This document shows positions 47,962 through 58,164 of a stretch of DNA of 64,000 bases, one piece after another. The notes under the pieces are model-generated. The model searched no databases. It worked only from the letters and a program-made list of their open reading frames with translations, and was not told where the DNA came from. Source of the stretch: Deltaproteobacteria bacterium. Lineage in GTDB: Bacteria > Myxococcota_A > UBA9160 > SMWR01. Position 1 is the first letter of the stretch. Each line of letters starts with the position of its first letter. The stretch lies in NCBI GenBank assembly GCA_032128375.1, contig JAQBGU010000084.1, positions 1 through 64,000 of the forward strand, given 5' to 3'. The position numbers were made by a program, and so were the translations under genes.

Positions 47962-49092
47962 ATGGACACCGATGTCGTAGTCATTGGAGCGGGGGTCGTC
48001 GGACTCGCAGCAGCCGCGGCACTGGCGCGGTCGGGGCGCTCGGTCGTCGTTCTGGAGCGAAACCCGGGGATCGGCCGCGAGATCACTGCCCGCAACAGTG
48101 AAGTCATTCATGCGGGGATCTACTACCCGGCCGGATCATTGAAGGCCAAGCTGTGTGTCGCCGGTCGCGAGGCGCTCTATGCGCGCTGCGTAACCCAGAA
48201 AATTCCACACCGTCGCTGCGGAAAGTTGATCGTCGCGGTCGACTCCGCAGAGTTCGCTACGCTCGAGGATCTCCAGCGCAAGGCGGCAGTAAACGGTGTA
48301 GATCTGGAGTTCATCGACGCAAGAGAAATCGAACGGTGCGAGCCGAGCATTCGTGCGCGGGCTGCGCTGCTCTCGAAACACACAGGCATCATCGACGGGC
48401 AGGCGTTGTGCCTTTCCTACCTGACCGAGATGGAATCGCACGCTGGGCTGCTCTCGCTCCACACCGAGGTCCTCGCGATCGAACCGCTGTCGGGCGGATA
48501 TCGGATCATCGCGATCGGCAGCGATGGAGAGCGCAGCAGTATCGAGTGCGCTGCTGTCGTCAACGCCGCCGGAATGACTTCCGATTGTATCGCGCAGCGC
48601 GCTGGCATCGATATCGACGCTTGCAACTACCGCATCTATCCGTGCAAGGGCGATTACTTTGCCGTGGCACCAGCTGCCAAACTGAGCCTCTCGCGGCTGA
48701 TCTATCCGGTTCCCGTCCAGGCGGGGCTGGGCATTCACATCACCATGGACCTCGCGGGGCGTTTTCGGCTCGGACCGGACGCCGAGTACTGCAATGTCCC
48801 GAGATACGACATCGACGCTGATAAGGCTGACGAGTTCGCTCGCGCTGTCGGGCGATTCTTACCCGGGTTGAAACGGGAATGGCTGTCGCCCGACTACGCC
48901 GGCATCCGACCCAAACTGGCTGCGCCCGGTGAGCCGTTTCGGGATTTCGTCATTCGAGAGGAATCGGATCGCGGCCTACCGGGCTTCGTGAATCTGGTTG
49001 GAATCGAATCGCCGGGACTCACCGCATCACCGGCGATTGCGGATTTGGTGGTGGCACTGCTCGATGGCGCGCAGCCGAAAACCGGCAGCTAG
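47962..49092 (+). CDS. L-2-hydroxyglutarate oxidase-like FAD oxidoreductase
   Basis: IGAGVVG, RNSEVIHAGIYY, GIESPGLTASPAIA. Confidence 0.88.
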   Translation: MDTDVVVIGAGVVGLAAAAALARSGRSVVVLERNPGIGREITARNSEVIHAGIYYPAGSLKAKLCVAGREALYARCVTQKIPHRRCGKLIVAVDSAEFATLEDLQRKAAVNGVDLEFIDAREIERCEPSIRARAALLSKHTGIIDGQALCLSYLTEMESHAGLLSLHTEVLAIEPLSGGYRIIAIGSDGERSSIECAAVVNAAGMTSDCIAQRAGIDIDACNYRIYPCKGDYFAVAPAAKLSLSRLIYPVPVQAGLGIHITMDLAGRFRLGPDAEYCNVPRYDIDADKADEFARAVGRFLPGLKREWLSPDYAGIRPKLAAPGEPFRDFVIREESDRGLPGFVNLVGIESPGLTASPAIADLVVALLDGAQPKTGS

Positions 49093-49099
49093 CCCCGCA

Positions 49100-50527
49100 A
49101 TGGACGTCGCGTTTAGCGCCCAGTTGCTCGCCAGCATCGAAGCGACCGCTGACGGAGGTCGCCTGCGTTTGATCGCGCGCGCAGTTGCAGACGCTGGCGG
49201 AAGGGCGGTTCTGGTCGGCGGTGCGGTTCGGGACGGACTGTTGGGGGAGAGAGTCAAAGACCTCGACGTCGAAGTTTTCGGTCTCGATCTCGATCGACTT
49301 CACAGTGTGCTGGGTCGTTTCGGAGACGTGCTCACGATCGGTCGGTCGTTCGGCGTGCTGGCGATCGACGGGCTTTCCATCGATTTTTCGTTGCCTCGCA
49401 GAGACAACAAGGTTGCGCCAGGCCACAAGGGTTTCGATATCGAGTGGGACCCGATGCTCTCGTTCGATCAGGCGGCGCGACGCCGCGACCTGACGATCAA
49501 CAGCATGGGGATCGACCTCGCGACGGGAGAGTTCTTGGATCCGCACGGTGGGCGCGACGATCTGCAGCGGCGCCGCTTGCAGGCAACAGATGCGGTGTTG
49601 TTCCCCGAGGATCCTCTGCGCGGGCTGCGCGTTGCACAATTCGCCGCGCGCTTCTGCATGGAACCGACGGCCGAATTGATCGCGTTGTGTGCTCCGCTGG
49701 ACCTTTCGGAGCTTCCGGCCGAGAGGATCGGAGCGGAATTTCGAAAACTGCTTTGCAAGGGGCGCGAACCGTCGCGCGGCTTGTCGTTTCTGTTCGACTC
49801 GGGTCTGCTGCGCTTCTTTCCTGAGCTCACCGCGCTGGTGGGAGTGCCGCAAGATGCACAGTGGCATCCCGAAGGTGATGTCTGGATCCACACGTTGATG
49901 GTGGCCGATCGCGCCGCAGAGCTTCACACGGGAATCGCCGAGCAAGACGAACTGCTGATGTTCGGCGCGCTGTGTCATGATTTGGGAAAACCGGCGACCA
50001 CCGAGATGATCGAGGGCCGGATCCGGTCGCGGAATCACGACAGGCAGGGCGTCGAACCGACGCGCGCATTACTCGCCAGGTTGGCCGTGGGCGGCGATTT
50101 GAAGAACCAGGTCGCGGCCCTGGTCGAGTACCACCTGGCCCCCGCGTTGTTCACATCGGCGAAGAACCAGGCGGGCGCACGCGGCTACCGAAAGCTCGCA
50201 CGACAGCTCGGCCAAGTGGGCCTTTCGATGCGCGATCTCGAGCGGGTGGCGCGCGCTGACCATCTCGGTCGGACGACAGCCGAGGCGCTTCGCCGCGAGT
50301 TCCCGGCTGGAGACGCCTTCCTCGCGCGCGCCGAGCAATTGGCTGTAGCCGAACAGGCGCCAGCAGATGTGGTCTCGGGGCGCCACCTGATCGATGCGGG
50401 TCTCGAGCCTTCGCCGAGGTTTGGAGAAATTCTGCGCCGGTGTCGAGAGTTACAGGATGCCAGCGGATCGACCGACGCGAACGAAATCCTCAGGCGTGCC
50501 TTGGACGAGAACGCCGACGAGGTCTGA
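49100..50527 (+). CDS. cca: CCA tRNA nucleotidyltransferase/poly(A) polymerase family protein with HD domain
   Basis: LVGGAVRD..KDLDVE, RRDLTIN, EDPLR, WHPEGDVWIH, CHDLGK. Confidence 0.88.
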   Translation: MDVAFSAQLLASIEATADGGRLRLIARAVADAGGRAVLVGGAVRDGLLGERVKDLDVEVFGLDLDRLHSVLGRFGDVLTIGRSFGVLAIDGLSIDFSLPRRDNKVAPGHKGFDIEWDPMLSFDQAARRRDLTINSMGIDLATGEFLDPHGGRDDLQRRRLQATDAVLFPEDPLRGLRVAQFAARFCMEPTAELIALCAPLDLSELPAERIGAEFRKLLCKGREPSRGLSFLFDSGLLRFFPELTALVGVPQDAQWHPEGDVWIHTLMVADRAAELHTGIAEQDELLMFGALCHDLGKPATTEMIEGRIRSRNHDRQGVEPTRALLARLAVGGDLKNQVAALVEYHLAPALFTSAKNQAGARGYRKLARQLGQVGLSMRDLERVARADHLGRTTAEALRREFPAGDAFLARAEQLAVAEQAPADVVSGRHLIDAGLEPSPRFGEILRRCRELQDASGSTDANEILRRALDENADEV

Positions 50528-50644
50528 TTCGTATACCTACACACCGACCGAAGCTGGCATCCAAATTTTCGGTGGCATTGATACAGCCACGACGGCCGTC
50601 GAGATGGCACGTCGAAGTTCCGAATAGCGCTGAGGCCAACGCTC

Positions 50645-51598
50645 CTACATTGGCTTGATCAACAATCCGAAAGTTGTTAGTCCGTCTTCGGCCCATCGCG
50701 ACTTGTAGTCCGAAAAGGAACCCAGGTCGTAGGTGTCGGCCCCGACATCGCACAACCATTTCAGCATTTCGAACTGCAGCACGTTTCCAAGACCGAGCGC
50801 GCGCTCATCATCGTCGAAACCCATCTGCAGGCCGCGAAACCGTCCGTCGATCAGACCGCCGTGCAGGTAGCCGACGGCTTCGCCTTCGCGCTCGGCGAAG
50901 AGCAGCCGCAACTGGTCCCGGGCTTGGAGACGCGGCCACATCCCAGAGTAGAAGCTGCACATAGGGCCCGTGTTCGTTCCTGTGCCGAGGCGTCCCTTCC
51001 AGCTGCGCCTTTCCACCTCCAGCACGCGCTCGAAGCTGCACGTCAGTTCGGCGACTTCGACTCGCCGAAAGGCGATTTCCGCGCTCGACACCCGCCGGGC
51101 AGCCGCTCGCAAATTGCGCCGAAAACTCTGCGAGCGGCGTTCGAGCCACGCGGGCATTCCGCCGTGCAGCGACGCGGCTCGGCGCGTGGTGGGCTTGGTT
51201 TCGTAAATGGCGAATCGGCCTTCGAGCGAGCGCACCAGTGGGGCGATGCGTGCGCGATCGAGTGGCAGACCCAACAGCAAGGCAGCGCGGTGCGATTCCT
51301 TGAGCGCGGCACCCAAAAGCGCGCCCGCGCCCGCTCCAACAAGCGGGGAGCCAAATCCCCACATGTCCTCCAGCGGCGAAAAATAGCTTCCCAGCGCAGC
51401 GTTTTCATTTTCTGCAAGCATGACGAAGCTTTCGGCGTCGCGCGCGAACCACACAGGCCGCTGCGGAGCGAACGCATCGTGATAGGAAAGCTGCCATGCG
51501 GTGCGGCTGCAGAAGGGATCGATGGCCAGATCCTTTTCGATCAGCGTGTCACATGTCTCTGCGACGCTTTCGAGTTCGGTGCGGCTGACTTGAAACAT
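50645..51598 (-). CDS. GNAT family acetyltransferase (CelD/BcsL-like)
   Basis: FRRNLR, ERRSWK, LGLGNVL, YDLG..DYKSRW. Confidence 0.75.
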   Translation of the reverse strand: MFQVSRTELESVAETCDTLIEKDLAIDPFCSRTAWQLSYHDAFAPQRPVWFARDAESFVMLAENENAALGSYFSPLEDMWGFGSPLVGAGAGALLGAALKESHRAALLLGLPLDRARIAPLVRSLEGRFAIYETKPTTRRAASLHGGMPAWLERRSQSFRRNLRAAARRVSSAEIAFRRVEVAELTCSFERVLEVERRSWKGRLGTGTNTGPMCSFYSGMWPRLQARDQLRLLFAEREGEAVGYLHGGLIDGRFRGLQMGFDDDERALGLGNVLQFEMLKWLCDVGADTYDLGSFSDYKSRWAEDGLTTFGLLIKPM

Positions 51599-51663
51599 GG
51601 AAAGCCGAAAGTAGAGGAGGGTAGAGAGAAGTGCACAAGAATAGAGAAGGTAGAGTGCTCGCG

Positions 51664-51876
51664 ATGGTGAGATCTGCCTACTGGCCGCGCTTCTGCGAAG
51701 AAAATGTATGGCATCTAGTGGGAAACATCGCCAGCGACGTAGCAGAGGCATGGGTCGTGTTCATCTCGAACCGGGCCCGGCGGGTCGCGATCTGGTCCCA
51801 GGCCGCCGCGAACTCTTCGACGGGACCCGTCGTCTGTGCCTACCACGTGATTCTGCTCCACTCAACCTACACCTAC
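51664..51876 (+). pseudogene. N-terminal remnant of a protein N-terminal glutamine amidohydrolase (NTAQ1-like)
   Basis: YWPRFCEENVWHL..VVFISN..GPVVCAYHVILL matches NTAQ1 (CEENxW, VFISN, WDYHV); homology ends before the catalytic Asp. Confidence 0.7.
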
Positions 51877-51912
51877 ACTCGCGACACTTCCAAGCCGGCA
51901 AATGCGCGAACA

Positions 51913-54537
51913 CTACGCCAGTGCCTTGGTTGCGATTTCGAACACATCGCGCGAGACGTCAGGGCGATCGAGCAGGCGGCCGAGCTCGCGCTTCATCAGC
52001 TCCTGACGCGGTTCGTTGTGACGACGCCAGTGGGCGAGCGAACTGGTCAGCCGGGCCGCGACCTGGGGATTGAACGCATCGATTTCGATGATGCGCTGTG
52101 CCTGAAAGCGGTAACCGCTGCCGTCGATCGCGTGGAAGTGCAGATGATTCGCGCCGAACGCGCCGATCAGCGCCCGAACCCGGTTGGGGTTCTCAATGTT
52201 GAATGTTTCGTGACTCAGTAGTGCTTTGACGTCATCGAGGCAGCTCGACCGCGTCGAGAGTGCCTGGATCGTGAACCACTTGTCGGTCACCAGCGCCTGG
52301 TCGTGCCACTGCTCGTAAAACGACGATAAACAGCGATCGCGCAGCGCAGACTCGGCACTTCTATTTGCATCTGCATTGGCGAGTAGCGCCAGCGCCCGGA
52401 TGGAATCGGTCATATTCGTTGCGGAATCGAACTGGGCTGCCGCAAGCGACAGGTCGTCGTTCCCCGCGCTCAAATAGCCCAGCAGCGTATTGCGAAGACT
52501 TCGGCGGCCGATCGCCGCGGGATCTTTCGAATAGGGCCCCGCATCGGAGAGCGACTCGTAGCGGCGTAGCATCGCGTCGCGATGTGCTTCGCGCAGCGCC
52601 GCGCGCAGCGATTCCCGCTCGGCGTGCAGCCCTTCGACATCGATCGGGTCCATCTCAGCAGCCAGCAGCGCTTCGTCCGGCAGTGACAGCGCGTGCGCAA
52701 GCAATGCGGGGTCTGCTTCGTCTGCGCCAAGCGCTGTCCCGAATGCGTCGATGAACGGGCCGCGATCGGGCTGTTGCTCGCGTACCGCGGCGAGGAGTAG
52801 CGCCGTTGCGAGTTGTTGCGCGGCTTCCCAGCGGTTGAACGCATCGGAGTCGTGCGCCATCCGGAACAGCGCGTCGTCATCAGTTTCGTCCGCACGTAGC
52901 CTGATGGGAGCCGAGAATCCTCGGAACAATGACGCAACCGGTCGCTGCGCGACGCCCTCGAAGACGAAGGTCTGTTCGGCTTCGCGCAGTTCGAGCAGTG
53001 CCTCGGTGCCGACAGATGCGCCATCGATCGTCAGCGGGAGATCCCCGCCCGCGGCGTCAATCAACCCCACGCGTACCGGAAGGTGCAGTGGCTTCTTTTC
53101 CGCTTGACCCGGGGTGGGTTCCGTGTGCTGGCAAAGGGTGATCGAGAAAGTCTGGCGCTCGGCGTCGTGTTGGGTGCGAGCGGTTACGACCGGCGTTCCG
53201 GCCTGCGCGTACCACAGGCGGAAGTGCGAGAGATCGCGTTCGCTCGCGTCCTCGAGAGCGGTCACAAAATCGTCGCAGGTTACCGCCTGCCCGTCGTGAC
53301 GTTCGAAATACAGGTCACACCCCCGGCGAAAGGCTGCTGCGCCGAGCAGCGCGTGCGCCATACGAACCACTTCGGCGCCTTTCTCGTAGACCGTCGGAGT
53401 GTAGAAGTTGGAGATCTCCTGGTAGCTGTCCGGCCGGATTGGGTGTGCGGTCGGACCGGCATCCTCACGGAACTGCGCGGCGCGGAGTCGTTGCACGTCT
53501 TCGATTCGCTTGATGGCTCGGGAACCGACGTCACTCGAAAACTCCTGGTCGCGGAAAACCGTGAAGCCTTCCTTCAAGCTCAACTGAAACCAATCGCGGC
53601 AAGTCACCCGGTTGCCGCTCCAGTTGTGGAAGTACTCGTGAGCGACCACGGCTTCGACGCCCTGGAAATCCACGTCCGTCGCGGTATCGGGACGCGCGAA
53701 GACATAGCGCGTATTGAAGATATTGAGCCCCTTGTTCTCCATCGCGCCCATGTTGAAGAAACTGACCGCGACGATCATGAAGATGTCGAGGTCGTACTCG
53801 CGTCCAAACGTCTCTTCATCCCACTTCATACTCTTGATGAGCGATTCCATGCAGTGGCCGGCCTGGTCGATGTTCCCGGGCTCGACGTACACGTGAAGTG
53901 CTACCTCGCGCCCGCCCATCGTGGTGAAACTGTCGTCGAGTCGCTCGAGTCGGCCGGCAACCAGCGCAAACAGGTAACAGGGTTTTTTGTGCGGGTCTTC
54001 CCAGGTTGCGAAGTGGCGATCTGCATCGACGTCTCCGGAGTCGACGAGGTTTCCGTTTGACAGAAGCACTGGCGCGTCGGACCTATTCGCGACGAGCGTG
54101 GTTCGGTAACTACTCATCACGTCCGGCCGGTCCGGGAAGTACGTCATACGACGGAAGCCCTGCGCTTCGCATTGAGTGCAGTAGCTGCCAGCAGACAAGT
54201 AGAGGCCTTCACCGCTTTTGTTATCTGTCGGGTTGATCTCGGTCTCGACCACCAGTTTGAAACGGTCGGGTACGGAGCCGATCGTGAGATCTTCGCCGTC
54301 GATGCGCGCATCGTCGCTCAACTGGTCGTCTATCGAGATGGACAGCAGTCGCAACGCGACGCCGTTCAATACCAGCGGCGCGTTGGGCCGCGCCTGCGGC
54401 GATCGTCGCACACTACTGGTGGCGGTCACCCTGGTTCGAGTGGCGTGTAGTTCGAAGCGCAGGTCGATGTGATCGACGAAGAACGCCGGCGGGGAGTAGT
54501 CCGCACGGCGGACCGTAATGGGACTGGATTCTTTCAT
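51913..54537 (-). CDS. pepN: Aminopeptidase N
   Basis: TQCEAQGFR, GAMENKGLN, HEYFHNWSGNRVTCRDW, NPNRVRAL. Confidence 0.97.
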   Translation of the reverse strand: MKESSPITVRRADYSPPAFFVDHIDLRFELHATRTRVTATSSVRRSPQARPNAPLVLNGVALRLLSISIDDQLSDDARIDGEDLTIGSVPDRFKLVVETEINPTDNKSGEGLYLSAGSYCTQCEAQGFRRMTYFPDRPDVMSSYRTTLVANRSDAPVLLSNGNLVDSGDVDADRHFATWEDPHKKPCYLFALVAGRLERLDDSFTTMGGREVALHVYVEPGNIDQAGHCMESLIKSMKWDEETFGREYDLDIFMIVAVSFFNMGAMENKGLNIFNTRYVFARPDTATDVDFQGVEAVVAHEYFHNWSGNRVTCRDWFQLSLKEGFTVFRDQEFSSDVGSRAIKRIEDVQRLRAAQFREDAGPTAHPIRPDSYQEISNFYTPTVYEKGAEVVRMAHALLGAAAFRRGCDLYFERHDGQAVTCDDFVTALEDASERDLSHFRLWYAQAGTPVVTARTQHDAERQTFSITLCQHTEPTPGQAEKKPLHLPVRVGLIDAAGGDLPLTIDGASVGTEALLELREAEQTFVFEGVAQRPVASLFRGFSAPIRLRADETDDDALFRMAHDSDAFNRWEAAQQLATALLLAAVREQQPDRGPFIDAFGTALGADEADPALLAHALSLPDEALLAAEMDPIDVEGLHAERESLRAALREAHRDAMLRRYESLSDAGPYSKDPAAIGRRSLRNTLLGYLSAGNDDLSLAAAQFDSATNMTDSIRALALLANADANRSAESALRDRCLSSFYEQWHDQALVTDKWFTIQALSTRSSCLDDVKALLSHETFNIENPNRVRALIGAFGANHLHFHAIDGSGYRFQAQRIIEIDAFNPQVAARLTSSLAHWRRHNEPRQELMKRELGRLLDRPDVSRDVFEIATKALA

Positions 54538-54721
54538 GATGCCCTCGATCGGCCCAGCCTTCTCGGAGCCGCAGCACTGCTGTGAGGAGCGTATCAGGGC
54601 AAATGCGGGTGCGCTTTGAACGAAACGGCGTTCAATAAGTGGCCGCGATCGCGTACGATCCGATCGCGAGAGAACCCGTCTCGAGGAATCCCCATCTCCA
54701 GAAAACACCAGGAGTCGAACG

Positions 54722-55315
54722 ATGAGTGGACCCAAAGATGACCAGTACGCTGGCCAGCTCGACAAGCCCGGCATGGGAATCAAAGACGGTCTGCCGTTGA
54801 ATGTTTCGAGCGGCGGAATCGACGAATTGCGTGCCGATATCCAGCGATTGATGGATATCGAGGCGATCAAACAACTGAAGCACGCCTATTTTCGCTGTCT
54901 CGATACAGCCAACTTCAACGAGTTGGACGGGTTGTTCCACGACGATGTCAGCGTCGACTTCGTCGGTGGTAGCTACCAGTGGAAGCTCACCGGCAAACAG
55001 GAGTACCTCGCATCACTGCGTAAATCGTTCACGCGCGAGGCAGTGGGACACCACAACGGCCATCACCCGGAGATCCAAATCCTCAGCGAGAGCGAGGCCA
55101 CCGGGATCTGGTACCTCGCCGATGACATGTGGATCATGACACACAAGTTTCACACCAGGGGAACTGCGGTGTACTGGGATCGCTACCTAAAGGCCGATGG
55201 GCGCTGGAAGATCAGGGAAACCCGCTACCGGCGTATCTACGAAATCAGTGGATTGATGGAAAAGAACCCCGAGTTCTCCAGCCACCACCTCGCGAGACAC
55301 GGCACGAAGGTGTAG
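54722..55315 (+). CDS. NTF2/SnoaL-like protein (BaiE-like dehydratase)
   Basis: DIEAIKQLKHAYFRCLD, HNGHHPEI, ATGIWYL. Confidence 0.85.
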   Translation: MSGPKDDQYAGQLDKPGMGIKDGLPLNVSSGGIDELRADIQRLMDIEAIKQLKHAYFRCLDTANFNELDGLFHDDVSVDFVGGSYQWKLTGKQEYLASLRKSFTREAVGHHNGHHPEIQILSESEATGIWYLADDMWIMTHKFHTRGTAVYWDRYLKADGRWKIRETRYRRIYEISGLMEKNPEFSSHHLARHGTKV

Positions 55316-55329
55316 CGGGCTGCGAATTC

Positions 55330-55671
55330 AGGCAGGTGCTCCAGTCACCGGTGGGTCCCATTGGGCTGTACGAATGGTTGGACGGCGGTGTGTGAGCTGG
55401 CGACTCGTTCGCCGATGCGCAGTGTGAGAACGGCCAGTTGACGATCAGCGAAATGGGGCCGGCGCCGCGTGATTTCATCAGCCGGATCCTGGATTGGATG
55501 ATGGGTTCCGAGAACTACCACCCGATCGAATATCAGCTGTTCTATCTGAACTTGCGGAGCAACGCGCTCGATCGGGTGGCAGCCTATGTCAGTGCGCGGG
55601 CTTGCGAAGGCGCGACGCCGGCATTCGAGGGTGCGGCCGCGGGTGAAGACATTCGCATCGATTCTCCCTAG
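55330..55671 (+). pseudogene. C-terminal remnant of a DUF3089-like hydrolase
   Basis: AQCENGQL..NYHPIEYQLFYLNLRSNALDRVAAY; in-frame TGA at 55393; no N-terminus. Confidence 0.55.
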
Positions 55672-55776
55672 TATGAGCCTTCCGTTTTTCCAATCACTTC
55701 AACCACCACACCATCAACCCATAACCATTCGACCTAGTTCACAAGTCAAAACAACGGGAACAACAGGAGAACCCCC

Positions 55777-56061
55777 ATGTCGCTACGTCTCACGGTTCAC
55801 TTCAAGATCAAAGAGGGCAAGGGCGCCGAATTCGAAGCGGCGGTCGGCGAAGCGGCCACTCAAGTCAAGGCCGAGGACAAGGGCTGTGAGGCCTACGATC
55901 TGTTCAAGTGCGTGGACGACGATACGCGCTATGCGCTGATCGAGTCGTGGGCGAGCCAAGAAGACATCGACGCTCACGGCAAGTCGCCCGGCATGGCCAA
56001 AATGATGAAAATCGGTCCATTGATGGACGGTGGCCCGAAGATGCACAGGTACTCCGATTAG
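55777..56061 (+). CDS. ABM (antibiotic biosynthesis monooxygenase) domain protein
   Basis: [38 protein letters not shown]. Confidence 0.9.
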   Translation: MSLRLTVHFKIKEGKGAEFEAAVGEAATQVKAEDKGCEAYDLFKCVDDDTRYALIESWASQEDIDAHGKSPGMAKMMKIGPLMDGGPKMHRYSD

Positions 56062-56184
56062 CGGCGAATTTTTCACCGCGTGGTCTTCGCGATCGCGTCG
56101 CGTATAGCTCTAGCACGCAGACGTCCAGGCCGGCGAGCGCTCGGCGCAGAACTCGATTACAGTCAGATACGCCTCCGCATGTAT

Positions 56185-56599
56185 CACCGAATAAACGTTG
56201 GATCGCTGCCATTCGCTCCTTGAAGTTGGCGTCGATTGTCGCGCTGTTCTCTACCATGTCGTAGCCGTGGATTGCGCCCTTCATTTCGCGGATGCCGACC
56301 GATACGCCCGCGGCCTGCAATGCTTCGGCGTACAGCCGTCCTTCGTCGCGTAGCGGGTCGAACTCTGCGACCTCGACCCATGCGGGTGGCAACGGCAAAG
56401 CTCTCGCGGTGAAGCGGAGCTGCATACGGCGGGACGGGTGCGCGGCCGCCGCTTTGCTTGTGCTCGCTATCTCTCAGGTAGACGTTCCACATGGTCCGGT
56501 TGGAAGATGTCTTCCAAAATCACCCAGCACTGCCACCCGCTGCGGATCGACCCCGAACTCTGCGGCATTTGCGTGTACCCATGACAGGGTCGCGTAGCA
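56185..56599 (-). pseudogene. Remnant of an HSL-family esterase/lipase
   Basis: CYATLSWVHANAAEFGVDPQRVAVLGD (SAGG deleted), then MWNVYL, then [18 protein letters not shown], in different frames. Confidence 0.8.
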
Positions 56600-56600
56600 G

Positions 56601-56963
56601 TACGTGAGCCCCGTCATCACCATGCGACGGACCGCCATATGCGATGCGCAGATCGCTGGGCGGCAGATCCGTGAGGGCGAGAAGGTTGTGATGTTCTATC
56701 CCTCAGCCAATCGCGACGCGGACGTATTTCCCCATCCCCACGAGTTCGATGTGACTCGCGATCCCAATCCTCACTTGGCTTTCGGTTGGGGGCCGCATTT
56801 CTGTTTGGGGGCGAGCCTCGCTCGCGGCGGAATCCGGAGCATCTTTTCTGAGCTGCTCGCGCGTCTTTCCGATATCGAGGTCTGCGGACCCGTGCGGCGG
56901 CTGCGATCGTCTACGGTCAATAGCGTCAAATCCATGCCGGTCCGCTTTACCCCGGAGCGATAG
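56601..56963 (+). pseudogene. C-terminal remnant of a cytochrome P450
   Basis: YVSPVITMRR, ANRD, HLAFGWGPHFCLG heme motif; most of the gene is absent. Confidence 0.85.
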
Positions 56964-57062
56964 ACAGCCTGCGGGCGATGCGCTCGGCAACATCGGGAGT
57001 TCTCGAGCGCGGTCGGCGTGATTCTCTGACTTTTGTTGTGGGCGTGCTGACACGCTCTCGGC

Positions 57063-57917
57063 TCAGGCGCGCAGCCGGAACAGGGAGCGCGCGGCTTCGG
57101 GCTTCGAGTCGCCGACCTCGTGCAATTGCGCGCTGGGGCGCGCTCGGAGATCTACGTCAAATACGATGTGCGGGCGGTAGGCGTCGAGCAAGTTGGCCTT
57201 CGCGGCCGAATCGGTGAAGAAGGCTCGGTCGAGTTCGATCTCCCACTCGCCCAGTGAGCGCAGGATGCGCTCGCGTGCTGACGACTCCTCGCAGCAGACC
57301 AGGGCAGTCAGGATCGGGCTCTCCGCCGAGCTGCCCAGGCGTTGAAGCGCTGACAGTGCCCGGATCCAGCGGGGAGCCGGAGGCTTTGTGACCTCCCCCG
57401 CGTCTGCTACCTCGGTTGCCAGTGCGACGGCGTCACCCCCGACCGCGATGCGGATCTCCGCTGGAATCCCTGTCTGCTTCGGATCCGAACGCACGAGCGC
57501 CGCTGCGGTTCCGGCCGTCATCGCCTGTGCCGCCTCGTTTGGGTCGGCAGACAGGAAGAGGTCCACCCCGAACGCTTGCAGGTACGGAACCAGAGATTCG
57601 CCGCCGGTGAAGGCTGCTCGATCCACCTCGAGCGATTCCTGCCGGGCCGAGGAGATCACCGCCAGGCTGAGATCCGCGGCGCAATCGGAGAGCACGACCA
57701 GGTCGATGCCGCGATTCGCCGGCCGAGCGCCGCGCAACAGCGCCTGGAGCACTGGCAGCCCGGGGCCGGCCGGGAGGGTCTGCTCCCCTTGCTCGAGATG
57801 GTATCGGCGATACGCCGCTTTGCCGTGCTCGCGCAGCACCTGCTCACCTTTGTCGAGTTCGAATAGCGATCGTGCGGAGATTCCGATAGCGAGGCGTTGT
57901 GACGGATTGGCGTTCAT
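57063..57917 (-). CDS. 5-prime-nucleotidase family protein (cN-I type) with degenerate motifs
   Basis: LAIGISARSLFEL, RAAFTGG..PYLQAFGVDLFLSA; IAFDGD replaced by IAVGGD. Confidence 0.75.
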   Translation of the reverse strand: MNANPSQRLAIGISARSLFELDKGEQVLREHGKAAYRRYHLEQGEQTLPAGPGLPVLQALLRGARPANRGIDLVVLSDCAADLSLAVISSARQESLEVDRAAFTGGESLVPYLQAFGVDLFLSADPNEAAQAMTAGTAAALVRSDPKQTGIPAEIRIAVGGDAVALATEVADAGEVTKPPAPRWIRALSALQRLGSSAESPILTALVCCEESSARERILRSLGEWEIELDRAFFTDSAAKANLLDAYRPHIVFDVDLRARPSAQLHEVGDSKPEAARSLFRLRA

Positions 57918-58164
57918 GGACTTTCTCCCTTGTCTGAGGCATCGGCAGACCGCGCCGCCCCTCGCGTGACGTGCGACACGTTCTCGCGGGGGGGGCCGCG
58001 GCCGTACATCCATCGTCCTAGCGCGCCGCCTTGCGTTCGAAAAAGTGGCCTAGTTCGTCACGTTTTCGGGCCAAACGGCACTCACGAGTAGAGCAGCCTT
58101 GCGCTCGCACGGATGCGCAGATGAGAGTCCGCTCGCAGTGTAAAACTCGCAGTATCTCGGTCTG

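Noticed and set aside
51877..52221. Full-length 196-aa protein at 51631-52221
   Set aside because: The C-terminal half is the antisense of pepN; only the NTAQ1-like first ~70 codons look real.
55393..55395. In-frame TGA as selenocysteine or read-through
   Set aside because: It lies in a fragment with no N-terminus and no evident SECIS; pseudogenisation is the simpler explanation.
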